Source of the DNA: Clostridiales bacterium
GTDB lineage: Bacteria > Bacillota > Clostridia > Oscillospirales > Oscillospiraceae
Assembly (NCBI GenBank): GCA_029265975.1
Contig: JAJUGN010000004.1
Span: 9,041 to 73,040 of the forward strand
Reading direction: 5' to 3'
DNA: 64,000 nucleotides
Part shown: positions 1 through 11,156 of the stretch, in pieces
How the letters are laid out: the number at the start of each line of letters is the position of its first letter
How positions within the stretch are numbered: position 1 is the first letter of the stretch
The notes under the pieces: generated by a model
What the model saw: the letters and a program-made list of their open reading frames with translations, nothing else
Databases searched by the model: none
What the model was told of the DNA's origin: nothing
Made by a program: the position numbers and the translations under genes

Positions 1-968
1 TCTATCACAGCGGGGAAAGCGAGAAAATCGCCGGAGAGCTGCTTGTGGGGCGTTATCCGCGTGACAGCTTCCAGCTCGCCACCAAGATGCCGGTCATGGA
101 AATGAAAAGCGGCGAAGAATGCGAAAGGATTTTCACTACCCAGCTTGAGCGCACAAAGGCCAAATATTTCGACAACTATCTGATCCACGGGATCAACAGG
201 GGAACAGCGGGGAAGACCGAAGAGTTCGGGGTCTGGGATTACCTGAAACGCCAAAAGGAAAAAGGGCTTATCCGTCACCTGGGCTTTTCCTTCCACTCGA
301 CGGCCGACCACCTTGAGCAGATATTGAACGAGCATCCGGAAGCCGAGTTCGTGCAGATACAGCTCAACTACGCCGACTGGGAGAGCAAGGAGGTGCAGTC
401 GCGGCTCTGCTATGAGGCTGCCGAAAAATTCGGCAAAAGAGTGCTCGTCATGGAGCCAGTCAGGGGCGGGGCTCTTGCGGCCATGCCGCCGGAGGTCAGG
501 GAAATTTTCTTCAGAGCCGCGCCGGAGAGGAACCTTGCCTCATGGGCGCTGCGTTTCGCCGGCTCCTTCCCGCTCGTAGACGTAGTGCTTTCCGGAATGT
601 CTGAAATGAAGCATATGATCGAAAACACCGAAACCTTTGACAATTTCGAGCCGCTTTCGAAGGAGGAGCTCGGGGTTATCGCGGAAGCGCTTGAAATGCT
701 CTTGAAAATGCCGACGGTGCCCTGCACCGCCTGCAAATACTGCGTGGACAGCTGTCCGGAAAAAATAAACATACCCGGCATAATCAAGCTATATAACGAC
801 TACCACATATACAGGAACCTTGAAGCGAACAAAAGGCGTTACGATATGGTGACGGCGCGCGGCGGCAAAGCCTCGTCATGCGTCAAATGCGGCGAATGCG
901 AGAGGCACTGCCCGCAGAATATCGGCATAAGGGATACGCTTGAGCTCGCGGCCGGGGATTTCGAGTGA
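1..968 (+). CDS. Aldo/keto reductase with C-terminal 4Fe-4S ferredoxin-type domain (5' end outside window)
   Basis: The frame stays open to the window edge (YHSGESEKIAGELLVGRYPRDSFQLATK...). It has an AKR-like core plus two Cys clusters, CTACKYCVDSCP and CVKCGECERHCP. Confidence 0.8.
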   Translation, partial: YHSGESEKIAGELLVGRYPRDSFQLATKMPVMEMKSGEECERIFTTQLERTKAKYFDNYLIHGINRGTAGKTEEFGVWDYLKRQKEKGLIRHLGFSFHSTADHLEQILNEHPEAEFVQIQLNYADWESKEVQSRLCYEAAEKFGKRVLVMEPVRGGALAAMPPEVREIFFRAAPERNLASWALRFAGSFPLVDVVLSGMSEMKHMIENTETFDNFEPLSKEELGVIAEALEMLLKMPTVPCTACKYCVDSCPEKINIPGIIKLYNDYHIYRNLEANKRRYDMVTARGGKASSCVKCGECERHCPQNIGIRDTLELAAGDFE

Positions 969-1050
969 TTGAAAGCTTAATGCTTTTCTCCGGTGCACAC
1001 GCCGTCGGAAAGACGATTATTTGATATTAAAATGTTTTCTGACAGGCTTA

Positions 1051-1085
1051 AAGAGGCTCCGCGGTCCCTGACCGCGGAGCCTCTT
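1051..1085. terminator. Bidirectional intrinsic terminator between convergent genes
   Basis: Perfect 15-bp stem AAGAGGCTCCGCGGT / ACCGCGGAGCCTCTT with a 5-nt loop and a T-rich 3' flank. It abuts the lepA stop. Confidence 0.7.
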
Positions 1086-2900
1086 TTATTCGTCAAGCTT
1101 CAAAACGGCCATAAAAGCTTCCTGCGGTACCGTTACGGAGCCGAGGTTCCTCATGCGCTTTTTGCCTTCCTTCTGCTTTTCAAGCAGCTTCTTCTTTCTT
1201 GTAATGTCGCCGCCGTAGCACTTTGCAAGCACATCCTTGCGCATTGCCTTTATTGTTTCGCGGGCGATTATCTTGCCGCCGACAGCGGCCTGCACGGGGA
1301 CCTCGAAAAGCTGTCTGGGAATGCTCTCCTTCAGCTTTTCGGCTATCCTCCTGCCCCTCGGATAAGCCTTGTCCTTATGAACGATAAACGAAAGCGCATC
1401 CACGATTTCCCCGTTCAGCAGGATGTCAAGCTTAACGAGATTAGACTCGCGGTATCCGGCAAACTCGTAGTCCAGAGAAGCGTAGCCGCGGCTGCGGGAT
1501 TTTAGCGCGTCGAAAAAGTCGTAAATTATCTCGTTCAGGGGAAGCGCATAGCGAAGCTCGACGCGATCCTTGTCTATATATACCATTTCCTTGTATTCTC
1601 CGCGCCTGTCCTGGCAGAGCTCCATGATATTTCCCACATATTCGGTGGGGCACATTATGCCGGCGTTGACAAAGGGCTCCTCGGCGACGGCGATAACGGC
1701 CGGATCGGGGTAGTTGAGCGGATTGTCTATCATGAGCACCTCGCCGTCAGTCTTCGTTATCCTGTATATGACGCTCGGAGCCGTTGTTATCAGGTCGAGG
1801 GAATATTCGCGCTCCAGACGCTCCTGGACGATCTCCATATGGAGAAGGCCTAAGAAGCCGCAGCGGAAGCCGAAGCCGAGGGCGGCCGAGGACTCCGGCT
1901 CGAACGACAGGGCCGCGTCGTTGAGCTTGAGCTTTGAGAGGGCGTCGCGGAGATCGGGGTATTTGGCGCCGTCCGTCGTGTATATGCCCGAAAACACCAT
2001 GGGGTGCGCCGGCCTGTATCCCGGAAGGGGCTCGGAACAGGGCCTGGCGGCCTCCGTGACCGTATCGCCCACCTGAGTGTCGGTGACGTTTTTAATGCTC
2101 GCGGTGAAATAGCCGACGTCGCCGGCCGAAAGGACATCGCAGGGCTCCATCCTTGTCGGACGCAGGTGACCCAGCTCGACCACCTTGTAAACCGCGCCGG
2201 AGGCCATCATTTTTATTTCCGAGTCCCTGCGTATTTCTCCGTCGATGACGCGGATATATACTATGACGCCGCGGAAGCTGTCGTACTGGCTGTCGAATAT
2301 AAGCGCGCGGAGCGGATCTGTGCGGTCGCCCTTAGGCGGAGGGATAAGCCTTACTATGCTTTCAAGGACATTTTCGATCCCAATTCCCAGCTTCGCCGAA
2401 ATTTCCGGCGCGTCCATGGCGGGGATTCCGATGATGTCCTCTATTTCGGCCTTGACCTTCTGCGGATCCGCACCCTGCAGATCGATTTTATTGATTACCG
2501 GCAATATCTCAAGGTTATGGTCAAGGGCGAGATAGGTGTTGGCAAGCGTCTGAGCCTCTATGCCCTGCCTTGCGTCAACTACCAGAACGGCTCCCTCGCA
2601 GGCGGCAAGGCTCCGGGAAACCTCGTAGTTGAAATCGACATGTCCCGGAGTGTCTATTAGGTTCAGAGTGTAGGTTTCGCCGTCCTCGGCCTTGTATTTC
2701 AGCCCGACCGCGCGGGCCTTGATGGTTATGCCGCGCTCGCGCTCCAAATCCATGTTGTCAAGTATCTGGTTTTCCATTTCACGGGGATCGACCGCGCCGC
2801 ACTTCTCCAAAAGGCGGTCCGCAAGGGTGGATTTTCCGTGGTCTATGTGGGCGATTATTGAAAAGTTTCTTATCTTGGCCTGATCAGTCAAGAGAATCAC
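1086..2900 (-). CDS. lepA: Elongation factor 4 (LepA)
   Basis: 604 aa. GTPase G1 motif [28 protein letters not shown], and the LepA-type C-terminus ...[12 protein letters not shown]. Confidence 0.95.
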   Translation of the reverse strand: MILLTDQAKIRNFSIIAHIDHGKSTLADRLLEKCGAVDPREMENQILDNMDLERERGITIKARAVGLKYKAEDGETYTLNLIDTPGHVDFNYEVSRSLAACEGAVLVVDARQGIEAQTLANTYLALDHNLEILPVINKIDLQGADPQKVKAEIEDIIGIPAMDAPEISAKLGIGIENVLESIVRLIPPPKGDRTDPLRALIFDSQYDSFRGVIVYIRVIDGEIRRDSEIKMMASGAVYKVVELGHLRPTRMEPCDVLSAGDVGYFTASIKNVTDTQVGDTVTEAARPCSEPLPGYRPAHPMVFSGIYTTDGAKYPDLRDALSKLKLNDAALSFEPESSAALGFGFRCGFLGLLHMEIVQERLEREYSLDLITTAPSVIYRITKTDGEVLMIDNPLNYPDPAVIAVAEEPFVNAGIMCPTEYVGNIMELCQDRRGEYKEMVYIDKDRVELRYALPLNEIIYDFFDALKSRSRGYASLDYEFAGYRESNLVKLDILLNGEIVDALSFIVHKDKAYPRGRRIAEKLKESIPRQLFEVPVQAAVGGKIIARETIKAMRKDVLAKCYGGDITRKKKLLEKQKEGKKRMRNLGSVTVPQEAFMAVLKLDE

Positions 2901-2907
2901 CTCTGTT

Positions 2908-3540
2908 TTACTTTTTGTCCGCTTTCGAGGCCCCGAGCCGCCCCTCGATTTTAGAAATCACCGACTCGAAGGATTTGTAGCTGTTTTTTGATATTATGCC
3001 GCGCAAAATTTCGGGGGTGATTTTTATGTTGCGCCTGGCCAGCTCCTCGGATATTTCAAGGCAGAGCAGCTTCATGTCGACCTCGCTTAGAATTTCCGCT
3101 CTTTTCGTATCAGGGGAAATAAGCTCCGAATCGGGGCCCACAATTCCGCACAAAAGCCTGTATTCGGCGGAAATGATATAATTAAGGGCCGCTTCCGCGG
3201 CGTCGCCCCCGCAGTTATAAACTATCTTCAGTATGGCCGCCGCCAATACTACCGCGTCCTGAGCCATCCTGTCAAGAACAGAAGGGTTTTCGCCCTCGTT
3301 CCGGACTCCGCTGCCGGAGAGGACCGTCTCTCGGATACTGGTCCTGCCCAGAACATAATCCGCGGAAACCCCGTAGTAATCGCAGACTCGGACCACAAAA
3401 TCCAGACCCGGTTCGCGTATGCCGTTTTCATAGTGCGATAAAAGCGCCTGCGAAATTTTCAGCTCGGAAGCCGCCTTGCGCTGGTTAAGACCGCGTTCCT
3501 TTCTAAGCTTGGATATGTTTTCTGAAAATCCCGTTTCCAT
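2908..3540 (-). CDS. XRE-family helix-turn-helix transcriptional regulator with uncharacterised C-terminal domain
   Basis: N-terminal [33 protein letters not shown] is a classic Cro/C1 HTH. About 140 aa of the C-terminal part is unassigned. Confidence 0.8.
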   Translation of the reverse strand: METGFSENISKLRKERGLNQRKAASELKISQALLSHYENGIREPGLDFVVRVCDYYGVSADYVLGRTSIRETVLSGSGVRNEGENPSVLDRMAQDAVVLAAAILKIVYNCGGDAAEAALNYIISAEYRLLCGIVGPDSELISPDTKRAEILSEVDMKLLCLEISEELARRNIKITPEILRGIISKNSYKSFESVISKIEGRLGASKADKK

Positions 3541-3711
3541 GGCGTTACCTCCTGAAGCGATTGTTGATTACAGCCAGTATATTATATAGGCAAGGGGGGC
3601 ATTTTGTAAACATAATATTGATAAATAAGTTAAATTTTTATGATGCTCTTGAACTTTAACAAGTATGGTGATAAAGTACACAGGTACAGTATAATAATCA
3701 CGGAGGATAAA

Positions 3712-4290
3712 ATGAAACAGCTTCAAGTAACGATAGAAGGTTCCGGGCGCCACATACATCTGACAAAAGAATGCCTCGAAACGCTTTTCGGCGCGGGTTA
3801 TGAGCTCGAGCCTAAAAAATTCCTTTCTCAGCCGGGAGAATTCGCGAGCAGCTCCAAGGTGGACGTGGTCGGCCCGAAGGGCACGATCAAGGGGGTTTCC
3901 ATTCTTGGCCCCTGCCGCCCCTTCACCCAGGTGGAGCTCTCGTTTACTGATGCCCGCATACTCGGAATCAATCCGCCCATCCGCCAGAGCGGCAATATTG
4001 CCGGCAGCGCGCCGGTGACGCTTATAGGCCCGGCCGGCAAGGCGGAGCTTAAAGAGGGCGCGATAGTGGCCAAGCGTCATCTGCACATTTCAAAGGCCGA
4101 CGCGGACGAATACGGCATAAAGAACGAGGAAATCGTCCAGATAAAGGTCGGCGGAGAGCGCGGGCTGATTTTCGACGAGGTCGTCGCGAGGGTAAGCGAC
4201 AAGTTTGAGACCGTCGTACATCTGGATTACGACGAGATAAACGCTGCGGCGCTTTTCGGCGACAACGCGGTCGGCACGGTTCTGAGATAA
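3712..4290 (+). CDS. pduL: Phosphate propanoyl/acetyltransferase PduL
   Basis: Duplicated PduL signature (GRHIHL..., KRHLHIS...). GGAGGA RBS 6 nt upstream of the ATG at 3712. Confidence 0.85.
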   Translation: MKQLQVTIEGSGRHIHLTKECLETLFGAGYELEPKKFLSQPGEFASSSKVDVVGPKGTIKGVSILGPCRPFTQVELSFTDARILGINPPIRQSGNIAGSAPVTLIGPAGKAELKEGAIVAKRHLHISKADADEYGIKNEEIVQIKVGGERGLIFDEVVARVSDKFETVVHLDYDEINAAALFGDNAVGTVLR

Positions 4291-4361
4291 GCCCGTAAAA
4301 AAGATTTTCCAGGCGGAGGCGGTGATTGCCGCCTCCGCGAAAACATGCAGGGGGTGTTCGA

Positions 4362-5273
4362 TTGGGCGGCGCTGCGATAAAGATCTTCGGCTACCTTGTG
4401 ATAATAGCTCTCGGATATATTCTGAAACGGGCCGGGCTCTTCCGGACGGAACATTCCGAGGTGCTTTCGAAAATTATTCTGAATATTACGCTTCCAAGCG
4501 TCATCATAACCGGATTCCAGAACGTGTCACTGTCGGGAGAATTTGCCGCCGTCCTCGCAATGGGCTTTGCGTTTAACGCGGCGATGTTCGGTCTCGGCGT
4601 TTTTTTTGCAAAGCGGGCCGGAGAAAAAAGCGACAAGATAATGTACGGGCTTTTTATACCTTCCCAAAACATAGGGATATTCGGCGCCCCTATTGTGCAG
4701 GCCTGTTTTTCCCAGGTGGTTTCCGCCGCTATATTCATTTTTGACATAGGCAACGCCGTTATAATGTTCGGGCCGTCGTTTGTCATGGCCTCGGCCGTAT
4801 CGGAAGGCGTCCGAATAACCCCGGCGTCGGTAATAAAAAAGCTTTTTTCCACGGCGGCCTTTGACGCATACATACTGGTCATAGCGCTCTCGCTTCTGAA
4901 TTTGAAGCTTCCCGCTCCCGTTTTGACCTTGGCCGGCATCTGCGGCGCGGGCAACGGATTTATTGCGATGCTGTTTTTCGGCATAATGCTTGAGCCGAAG
5001 CTGGACCGAGCCGACATGCGGCTGGTTGCAACGATCCTGTCCGTCCGTTTGGCGGCAGGAGCGGCCGCGGCCCTCATCGTCTGGACCTTGCTTCCTATAA
5101 CTCTGGAGCTTAAAATCGGCGTCACGCTCTGCCTTTCCATGCCGATAGCGACGGCGTCCGCCGCCCATGCCTCGGGTCTTGACTGCAAAAAGCAGAGGAT
5201 ATCGGGACTGTCGGCCGCGAGCCTGTTTATTAGCGCGGGACTGGCTATATTTATCGCCGCGGTTTTCTCGTAA
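4362..5273 (+). CDS. AEC (auxin efflux carrier) family membrane transporter
   Basis: Polytopic hydrophobic protein with an LGYILKRAGLF N-terminal motif. The start is uncertain (TTG 4362 preceded by AGGGGG; the ORF opens at 4326). Confidence 0.7.
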   Translation: MGGAAIKIFGYLVIIALGYILKRAGLFRTEHSEVLSKIILNITLPSVIITGFQNVSLSGEFAAVLAMGFAFNAAMFGLGVFFAKRAGEKSDKIMYGLFIPSQNIGIFGAPIVQACFSQVVSAAIFIFDIGNAVIMFGPSFVMASAVSEGVRITPASVIKKLFSTAAFDAYILVIALSLLNLKLPAPVLTLAGICGAGNGFIAMLFFGIMLEPKLDRADMRLVATILSVRLAAGAAAALIVWTLLPITLELKIGVTLCLSMPIATASAAHASGLDCKKQRISGLSAASLFISAGLAIFIAAVFS

Positions 5274-5414
5274 ATGCTTATGGTTCCGAATGCGCGGCTC
5301 CACAGATTCTTTTCCGTACCATTATAAAATTGTTTTTTATCAAAAAAATGGTACGAATATTTGAATATGTATGCTACAATGTATTCAAATAATCAGAGAA
5401 AAGAGGTCTTGTAT

Positions 5415-6506
5415 ATGAAGGTTACTGCATACACGCGTCCTGGAGACTTCGGGCTTATAATTTATGCCCTTGAGGCGGAAACAGACATAGGGGGGAGAGT
5501 CGAGGCTTCGGATTTTGAAATCAGCGGAAATTATGCCGAGCGCTTTACCGACAAAAAAGCCGAGGGAATAAAAGACGTGCGGCTTGCGGCAGGCGTCATA
5601 AGATTCGAGCTGTACGATTTTTATTACATGAGAAGCAGGTTTGAGATAAAGGGAAAAGGCCCGGCCGAAGGCTTCTCGGTCTCGAAAGACGATGTGACGG
5701 AGATTAAAACCGACATCGCTGACGAATTCGAATACTGCGAGGAGGACGGGATACTTTACAGGCTCCACGTTCCCTCGACAAAGGAAAAGAGGCCTTTGGT
5801 CCTGTTCCTTCACGGGGGCGGAGAAAACGGCTTTGACAACAAGCTGCAGCTCGTGGGCAGCATCGGCGCTCCGGCGATAGCAAAAAGATACCCCGACGCC
5901 TACGTTATGGCGCCGCAGGCGCCAGCAAGGCCTGGCTTTGACGGCGGACCCCCGATGCCGATGTCAAAGCAGCGCTTCCACGAGAACCTGATTTCAGCCA
6001 CCGACAATCCCTACGGCTGGAACAGGACAAATCTTGCCGCCATATGCAATATAATAAGGCGCATGATTGCGCAAGGCAGGGTGGACGAGAAAAGGGTCTA
6101 TGTCACGGGCCTTTCCATGGGCGGCGGCGGCACTATAATGTCGCTGTCGGTCGGAGCCGGGCTTTTCGCGGCGGCGGTGCCAATCTGTCCGACCATGACG
6201 CCGGACACATACAGGGTGCTTTGCGGGCTTACGAAGCAGAAGCTGTGGGTTGCGGCCGCCTTTGTGGACCACACCATCTACCGCCACAAGTACATAGTGG
6301 ACGCGATACTTCAGCTGCGCGATGCGGGAAACAAGGACGCGAAGCTCACGCTTTTCGCGCCGGAGGAGCTTGAAGCGTACGGAATGGGAGTCGCGGACGG
6401 GATCCCGTATGAAAAGAAGTTCGAGGAGTATCACAACTGCGCGGCTCTGGTCTACCACAACGAGCACGGCATCATGGACTGGATGATGGACCAGACCAAA
6501 GACTGA
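5415..6506 (+). CDS. Alpha/beta-hydrolase fold esterase (serine hydrolase)
   Basis: LFLHGGGENG oxyanion-type motif and GLSMGG nucleophile elbow (G-x-S-x-G). AAGAGG RBS before the ATG at 5415. The N-terminal ~130 aa domain is unassigned. Confidence 0.75.
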   Translation: MKVTAYTRPGDFGLIIYALEAETDIGGRVEASDFEISGNYAERFTDKKAEGIKDVRLAAGVIRFELYDFYYMRSRFEIKGKGPAEGFSVSKDDVTEIKTDIADEFEYCEEDGILYRLHVPSTKEKRPLVLFLHGGGENGFDNKLQLVGSIGAPAIAKRYPDAYVMAPQAPARPGFDGGPPMPMSKQRFHENLISATDNPYGWNRTNLAAICNIIRRMIAQGRVDEKRVYVTGLSMGGGGTIMSLSVGAGLFAAAVPICPTMTPDTYRVLCGLTKQKLWVAAAFVDHTIYRHKYIVDAILQLRDAGNKDAKLTLFAPEELEAYGMGVADGIPYEKKFEEYHNCAALVYHNEHGIMDWMMDQTKD

Positions 6507-6532
6507 AAATACCTTCAGAAAAGCAGAAATAT

Positions 6533-6578
6533 AACGGGCCGTTTCGAAATGGAAATCGAAGCGGCCCGTTGGGTTTTT
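6533..6578 (+). terminator. Intrinsic terminator after esterase gene
   Basis: AACGGGCCG ... CGGCCCGTT stem with an inner TTTCGA/TCGAA helix, followed by GGGTTTTT. Confidence 0.6.
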
Positions 6579-6589
6579 AGTTCCGCGTA

Positions 6590-7939
6590 TCAGGAAAACA
6601 GAGCCTGAAGAACAAAGTTCAGCACGAAAAGGGCGGAAGCGACCCAAAGTATCGGGTGCGTGTTCTTGACGTCCTTTTTAGCAATCTTCACGATGCAGTA
6701 GAAAATGAAACCGGCGCCGATTCCGTAGGAAATGTTGTAGCAAAGCGCCATGAAGACGCCGCAAAAAAAGGCTGGTATGGCTTCCTCAAGGTCGTCCCAC
6801 TTGACGTCGATGAAGGAGGACATCATCATTATTCCCACCACTACAAGGGCAGGCGCCGTCGCCGCCATGGGTATCGCGCTGACGAACGTCGCGAGGAAGG
6901 CGCTCAGGATAAAGAGCACGGCGGTTACGACGCTTGTCAGCCCCGTGCGGCCGCCTTCGCTGATGCCGGCTGCGCTTTCGATGTATGTCGTGGTGTTGGA
7001 AGTGCCGAAAATGGCTCCGATGGAAGTTGCGATGGAGTCCGCGAACAGAGCCTTGTCCATCTTGGATTTGAAGCCTGTGCTGTTTTCAAGGGCCCTCTCG
7101 TCCTCCTCGCTGAAGATGCCGCTGCGGCGGCCGGTGCCTATGAAGGTGCCGATTGTGTCAAAGGTGTCGGAAAGGCTGAAAGCGAAAATGGTGACGAGGG
7201 CTATCGGTATTTTGGAGGGATCCGAGAACAGAGAAACAAGACCCGCCTTAGTAAAGATGACCCCGAATGCGGAGGGCAGCGATTTGTACGCGTCCGCGAG
7301 GCTTATGGTGTTTGAAGTCTTGGTGACCCCGACGAATATTCCTATTATGGTAGTCGCGATGATGCCCCAGAGTATGGCGCCCCTCACCTTCATGAGCATC
7401 AGCAGAACAATCAGGAAAAGCCCGACAAGGAAGAGTATGAGCGAGGGCTTGTTGGGCATCGTCATTGCGGGAACCCCTGCCGCAAAGTTAATAAGCCCCG
7501 AGTCAACAAGTCCGATAAATGCTATGAATATGCCTATGCCGCCGCTTATAGCGTGCTGAAGGCTTTTGGGTATAGCCTTGATTATTTCCTTCCTTATCCT
7601 TGTGACCGTTATGAATATGTTTATAAGCCCGCAGATAAAGACCATCGACAGCGCCTGCTGCCAGGTGAATTTCAGACCGAAGCAGACCGTGAACACAAAG
7701 AACGCATTCAGCCCCATGCCGGGCGCCAGAGCGTAAGGCACATTGGCGAAAAGGCCCATGACGAGGGTGCCTACCGCCGAGGCGATGATTGTGGCGAGGA
7801 ACACGGCGCCCCACTCCATGCCCGCCTGGCTCAGGATTGTAGGATTCACAACTATGATATACGCCATTGTGAAGAAGGTAGTGATGCCCGCGATGATTTC
7901 GGTAGAAACGGTTGTTCCGTTTTCCTTAAGCTTGAACAT
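6590..7939 (-). CDS. NCS2/AzgA-family purine (adenine/guanine/hypoxanthine) permease
   Basis: About 450 aa polytopic protein. N-terminus MFKLKENGTTVSTEIIAGITTFFTMAYIIVVNP is typical of the AzgA/PbuG family. Confidence 0.85.
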   Translation of the reverse strand: MFKLKENGTTVSTEIIAGITTFFTMAYIIVVNPTILSQAGMEWGAVFLATIIASAVGTLVMGLFANVPYALAPGMGLNAFFVFTVCFGLKFTWQQALSMVFICGLINIFITVTRIRKEIIKAIPKSLQHAISGGIGIFIAFIGLVDSGLINFAAGVPAMTMPNKPSLILFLVGLFLIVLLMLMKVRGAILWGIIATTIIGIFVGVTKTSNTISLADAYKSLPSAFGVIFTKAGLVSLFSDPSKIPIALVTIFAFSLSDTFDTIGTFIGTGRRSGIFSEEDERALENSTGFKSKMDKALFADSIATSIGAIFGTSNTTTYIESAAGISEGGRTGLTSVVTAVLFILSAFLATFVSAIPMAATAPALVVVGIMMMSSFIDVKWDDLEEAIPAFFCGVFMALCYNISYGIGAGFIFYCIVKIAKKDVKNTHPILWVASALFVLNFVLQALFS

Positions 7940-8043
7940 AATCTTTTCTCCCCGTATCGTATTTGCATAATATTCTAAGCGTTTCCCCAATTTTGAGCAA
8001 TAGTAAATGCGACTTTGTTTTTTGAAGATATTTTGAGGAACTG

Positions 8044-8406
8044 CTAGATTTCATTCCTTATCCTGTCGACGATTATATCCGCAAGACGCCTGTCCGCCCC
8101 AAGCGTTTTTCCCATAGTAATCTTCACGCCGGGGTGCAGGGCCTTGAACTCCTCCAGCTCGGCGGGGATATCCTCCTTTATATGCACTCCCTCAAACAAA
8201 AAATACGGTATCACGCTGATATCGGTAACCCCTTTTTGTATGAGACTCTCAAGCCCCTTTTCAAGATTCCTGTCGCGGAACTGAAGGTACGCTTCCTCCA
8301 CAAGGGCTCCTTCGAGACCCTGCCTTACATATTCCGTGATTTTTTGCATCGTTTTTTCCGTATCGCCCTCGCGGCTGCCGTGCGCCAATAAAAGTATTCC
8401 CTTCAT
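8044..8406 (-). CDS. cbiX: Short CbiX-type sirohydrochlorin cobaltochelatase
   Basis: About 120 aa with LLLAHGSR...VIPYFLFEGVHIKEDIP. It lies directly downstream of cbiO in the same operon. Confidence 0.7.
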   Translation of the reverse strand: MKGILLLAHGSREGDTEKTMQKITEYVRQGLEGALVEEAYLQFRDRNLEKGLESLIQKGVTDISVIPYFLFEGVHIKEDIPAELEEFKALHPGVKITMGKTLGADRRLADIIVDRIRNEI

Positions 8407-8410
8407 ATCT

Positions 8411-9304
8411 TTACACCTTGTCCTTTCGCATATCCTCGCCGGGAGCGCCGCCCCGGCGATTTTCTTCAAACAAATGCTTGATGGTCTTCCGCGCCTGTGA
8501 AATGGTCGAAGCGGTCGAGTCCAGATCGAGGCTGTCCCTGCTTCTCAGGATGCTCATAAGGTGGGTAATCCTCGGAAGGCGCAGGTTGTGCGCCCTCAGC
8601 AAATCGGGGCGTGAAAAAAGCGATTCCGGAGTGCCGCCGAAGATGACTGAGCCGCCGTCCAGCACATAAACTTCGTCGCAGTATAGGGGCACCAGGTCTA
8701 TATCGTGAGTCGAGATAATCACGGTTATTCCGAGTCTCTGCTTTATTTCATCAAGAAGGTTCAGGATTTCGCTTACTCCCTGGGGATCGAGCCCCGCCGT
8801 CGGCTCGTCGAGTATTATGACGGAGGGCTCCATGACCAGTATCCCGGCGATCGCGACGCGCTTTTTCTGGCCGAAGCTTAAGGCGTGCGTCGGTTTGCCG
8901 ACTATGCTCTCTATTCCCGTCTGCTTTACGACAAGCTCGACCCTTCTCCTTATCTCATCCTCCGAGAGACCGAGCTTCATGAGACCGAAGGAAATGTCCT
9001 TGACGACGCTGGAAGAAAAAAGCTGGTCGTCCGGGTCCTGAAAGACGATGCCTATCTTTCGCCTGATTTCAGTCAGGCCGCTTTTGCTGTAGCTTACCTC
9101 TTTCCCCTCGAAAAAGACCCTGCCGCTTTTGGGAGTCAGAACGCCGTTCAGGTTCAAAAAAAGCGTGGACTTGCCGGCGCCGTTTCCTCCGAGTATGGCG
9201 GTCGTTTTGCCGCGTTTTATCGACATGCTGACATTCTTGAGGGCGGGAGCTCCGTCCTCGTATGAGAAACAGAGATCGGAAATTTCTATAATGTTCATTT
9301 TCAA
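8411..9304 (-). CDS. cbiO: Cobalt ECF transporter ATPase CbiO
   Basis: Walker A GGNGAGKST, signature LSFGQKKR, Walker B ILDEP. Start/stop overlap with cbiQ. Confidence 0.9.
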   Translation of the reverse strand: MKMNIIEISDLCFSYEDGAPALKNVSMSIKRGKTTAILGGNGAGKSTLFLNLNGVLTPKSGRVFFEGKEVSYSKSGLTEIRRKIGIVFQDPDDQLFSSSVVKDISFGLMKLGLSEDEIRRRVELVVKQTGIESIVGKPTHALSFGQKKRVAIAGILVMEPSVIILDEPTAGLDPQGVSEILNLLDEIKQRLGITVIISTHDIDLVPLYCDEVYVLDGGSVIFGGTPESLFSRPDLLRAHNLRLPRITHLMSILRSRDSLDLDSTASTISQARKTIKHLFEENRRGGAPGEDMRKDKV

Positions 9305-10071
9305 AGCCTTTCGATCAAGCCTATCGCCGTAAAAGAAACCGCGGCGAGAACGGTCAGCCCCGTGAGAAGAAGGCTCGGCTCCTCCTTTTCGGCGAGATAG
9401 TCGAAGTTGCCTTCAAAACCTCTGGAGTCAAGCGCGAGGCTTATGCGGTCAACGCGCCTGAGAGCCCTTATAAAAACCGTGGTCACAAGCTCCCCGAGCG
9501 AGGCCATGCTGTTTTTTAAGCCTTTGTAGCCTAGACGCGAGGCCTGCGCCGTCCGGATTCTCTGGGCTTCGTCCCAGATTATGAAAATAAAGCGGTAAAT
9601 AAGCTCCATAAGCTCTACAAAAACGCCGGGCGTCCTTCTCCGCAGAAGGGAGAGGAAGGAGTTCATCGGGGTGTTGAGAGAGAAAAAGTAGAGGCATGAA
9701 ACCGCCCCCAAAGACTTCAGCAAAAGGTTTACGCCAAGGCTCAGAGACTGCCGGCTGATACCGAAATAAGAGCCGAAGAGCCTGAAATAAAAAAGCGCCG
9801 CACCGGTGTCCGTTATTTTGTTTATCACTATCGTCACAACTCCGGTAATGAGGAAGGCAAACGGCACCAGCATCAGCTCCAGGTATTTTGAGGGTCGGCA
9901 GCCGCCCAGAAAAAGGGTGGCTGCCGACATTACAGCGATAGTCAGCAGGCTTATGGCATTCGAGCTGAACGCAAGGCAAATAAGCATCAGGCAAACGGAA
10001 AAGAGCAGCTTGCTTGACGCTTTGACGCCCGAGATTTTCGATTGGTATGCGTGTTTGTCTATGCCGCTCAC
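9301..10071 (-). CDS. cbiQ: Cobalt ECF transporter transmembrane (T) component CbiQ
   Basis: Hydrophobic 256 aa protein positioned between cbiN and cbiO with 4-nt overlaps. Confidence 0.85.
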   Translation of the reverse strand: MSGIDKHAYQSKISGVKASSKLLFSVCLMLICLAFSSNAISLLTIAVMSAATLFLGGCRPSKYLELMLVPFAFLITGVVTIVINKITDTGAALFYFRLFGSYFGISRQSLSLGVNLLLKSLGAVSCLYFFSLNTPMNSFLSLLRRRTPGVFVELMELIYRFIFIIWDEAQRIRTAQASRLGYKGLKNSMASLGELVTTVFIRALRRVDRISLALDSRGFEGNFDYLAEKEEPSLLLTGLTVLAAVSFTAIGLIERL

Positions 10072-10355
10072 TTTTTTTCGCTCGCCTTGTGCCTTTCCGA
10101 AAGCTTTCCGAAGCCGAAGCCGATAATTAAACCGCCTATCGAGGCCTGAAGCGCGAAAAGAAGAGATTCGACCTCGCCGCTCGGGGGCTCGTAAATCGAT
10201 TTGAACCAGGGCTCGTATTCGGGCCTGATTTCGGATATGACGGATTCGGCCTTATCGTCCGCTCCGCCGTACTCTCCCTTCACGATTGCGAGGGGCACGA
10301 CGCATATAAGCAGCGCAAGAGCCAAAAGAAGGAGATTTTTTTTCCAAAGCTTCAT
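10068..10355 (-). CDS. cbiN: Cobalt transport protein CbiN
   Basis: About 95 aa with two TM segments (MKLWKKNLLLLALALL... and ...GGLIIGFGFG). It sits in the canonical position after cbiM. Confidence 0.8.
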   Translation of the reverse strand: MKLWKKNLLLLALALLICVVPLAIVKGEYGGADDKAESVISEIRPEYEPWFKSIYEPPSGEVESLLFALQASIGGLIIGFGFGKLSERHKASEKK

Positions 10356-10368
10356 TTTACAGCCCTCC

Positions 10369-11145
10369 TTAATCCGCTTTAAGCGCCTGAAGCTCGGCGT
10401 TGCTGTACTTTTTGAGTCCGTTATAAACAATGACGGTCAAAATGCCTTCCGCAACGGCGAGAGGCAGCTGCGTAAAGGCGAAAATGCCAAGAAATTTCGC
10501 CGCCGAAACGAAGAAGCCGCCGCCCGAATCTGGGAAGGCCGCTCCGAGTTGGAGCGAAGTCACGATATATGTAAAGATGTCGCCAATAAAAGCCGCTATG
10601 AAAACCGAAACGGTGCTTTTTACGCCCAGCTTCTTAAGCAGGCGGTAGACGAAATAAGAGGCAAAGGGACCGGCTATGCCCATCGAGAAAGTGTTTGCCC
10701 CGAGGGTGGTCAGCCCGCCGTGAGCCAGCAGTATGGCCTGAAAAAGCAGAACGATGACGCCGATCACCGACATGGCGGTGGGCCCGAACATGATCGCGCC
10801 CAGTCCGACTCCCGTCGGGTGGGAGCAGCTCCCTGTCACGGAAGGCAGCTTAAGCGCGGAAAGAACGAAGGCAAAAGCGCCGCACATCGCGAGCAGAAGC
10901 AGCATTCTTGAATTTCCGCTTATCTTTTTCTTAATGGAGAAGAAGCCTTTCACGACGAAAGGGATGCAAATCGCGCCCCAGGCGACGGCCCAGCCGGGAG
11001 GGAGAAAGCCCTCCATTATGTGCATCGCTTTTGCGCCCATAACGGGAAAAGCCAGAACAACCGCCAAAACAACGGCGGCTTTCTGCATGTATTTTTCAAT
11101 TAAAACGCTGTTTTTCGATTTTGACGCTCCGGTTTTTAAGCGCAT
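10369..11145 (-). CDS. cbiM: Cobalt ECF transporter substrate-capture component CbiM
   Basis: [10 protein letters not shown] motif after a signal-like N-terminus. GGGAGG RBS 5 nt before the ATG at 11145. Confidence 0.9.
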   Translation of the reverse strand: MRLKTGASKSKNSVLIEKYMQKAAVVLAVVLAFPVMGAKAMHIMEGFLPPGWAVAWGAICIPFVVKGFFSIKKKISGNSRMLLLLAMCGAFAFVLSALKLPSVTGSCSHPTGVGLGAIMFGPTAMSVIGVIVLLFQAILLAHGGLTTLGANTFSMGIAGPFASYFVYRLLKKLGVKSTVSVFIAAFIGDIFTYIVTSLQLGAAFPDSGGGFFVSAAKFLGIFAFTQLPLAVAEGILTVIVYNGLKKYSNAELQALKAD

Positions 11146-11156
11146 TTTTACCTCCC

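Noticed and set aside
7940-8043. Purine riboswitch upstream of the NCS2 purine permease
   Set aside because: There are only ~105 nt here and no match to the guanine/adenine aptamer core. A simple TTGCTC-17-TAGAAT promoter fits better.
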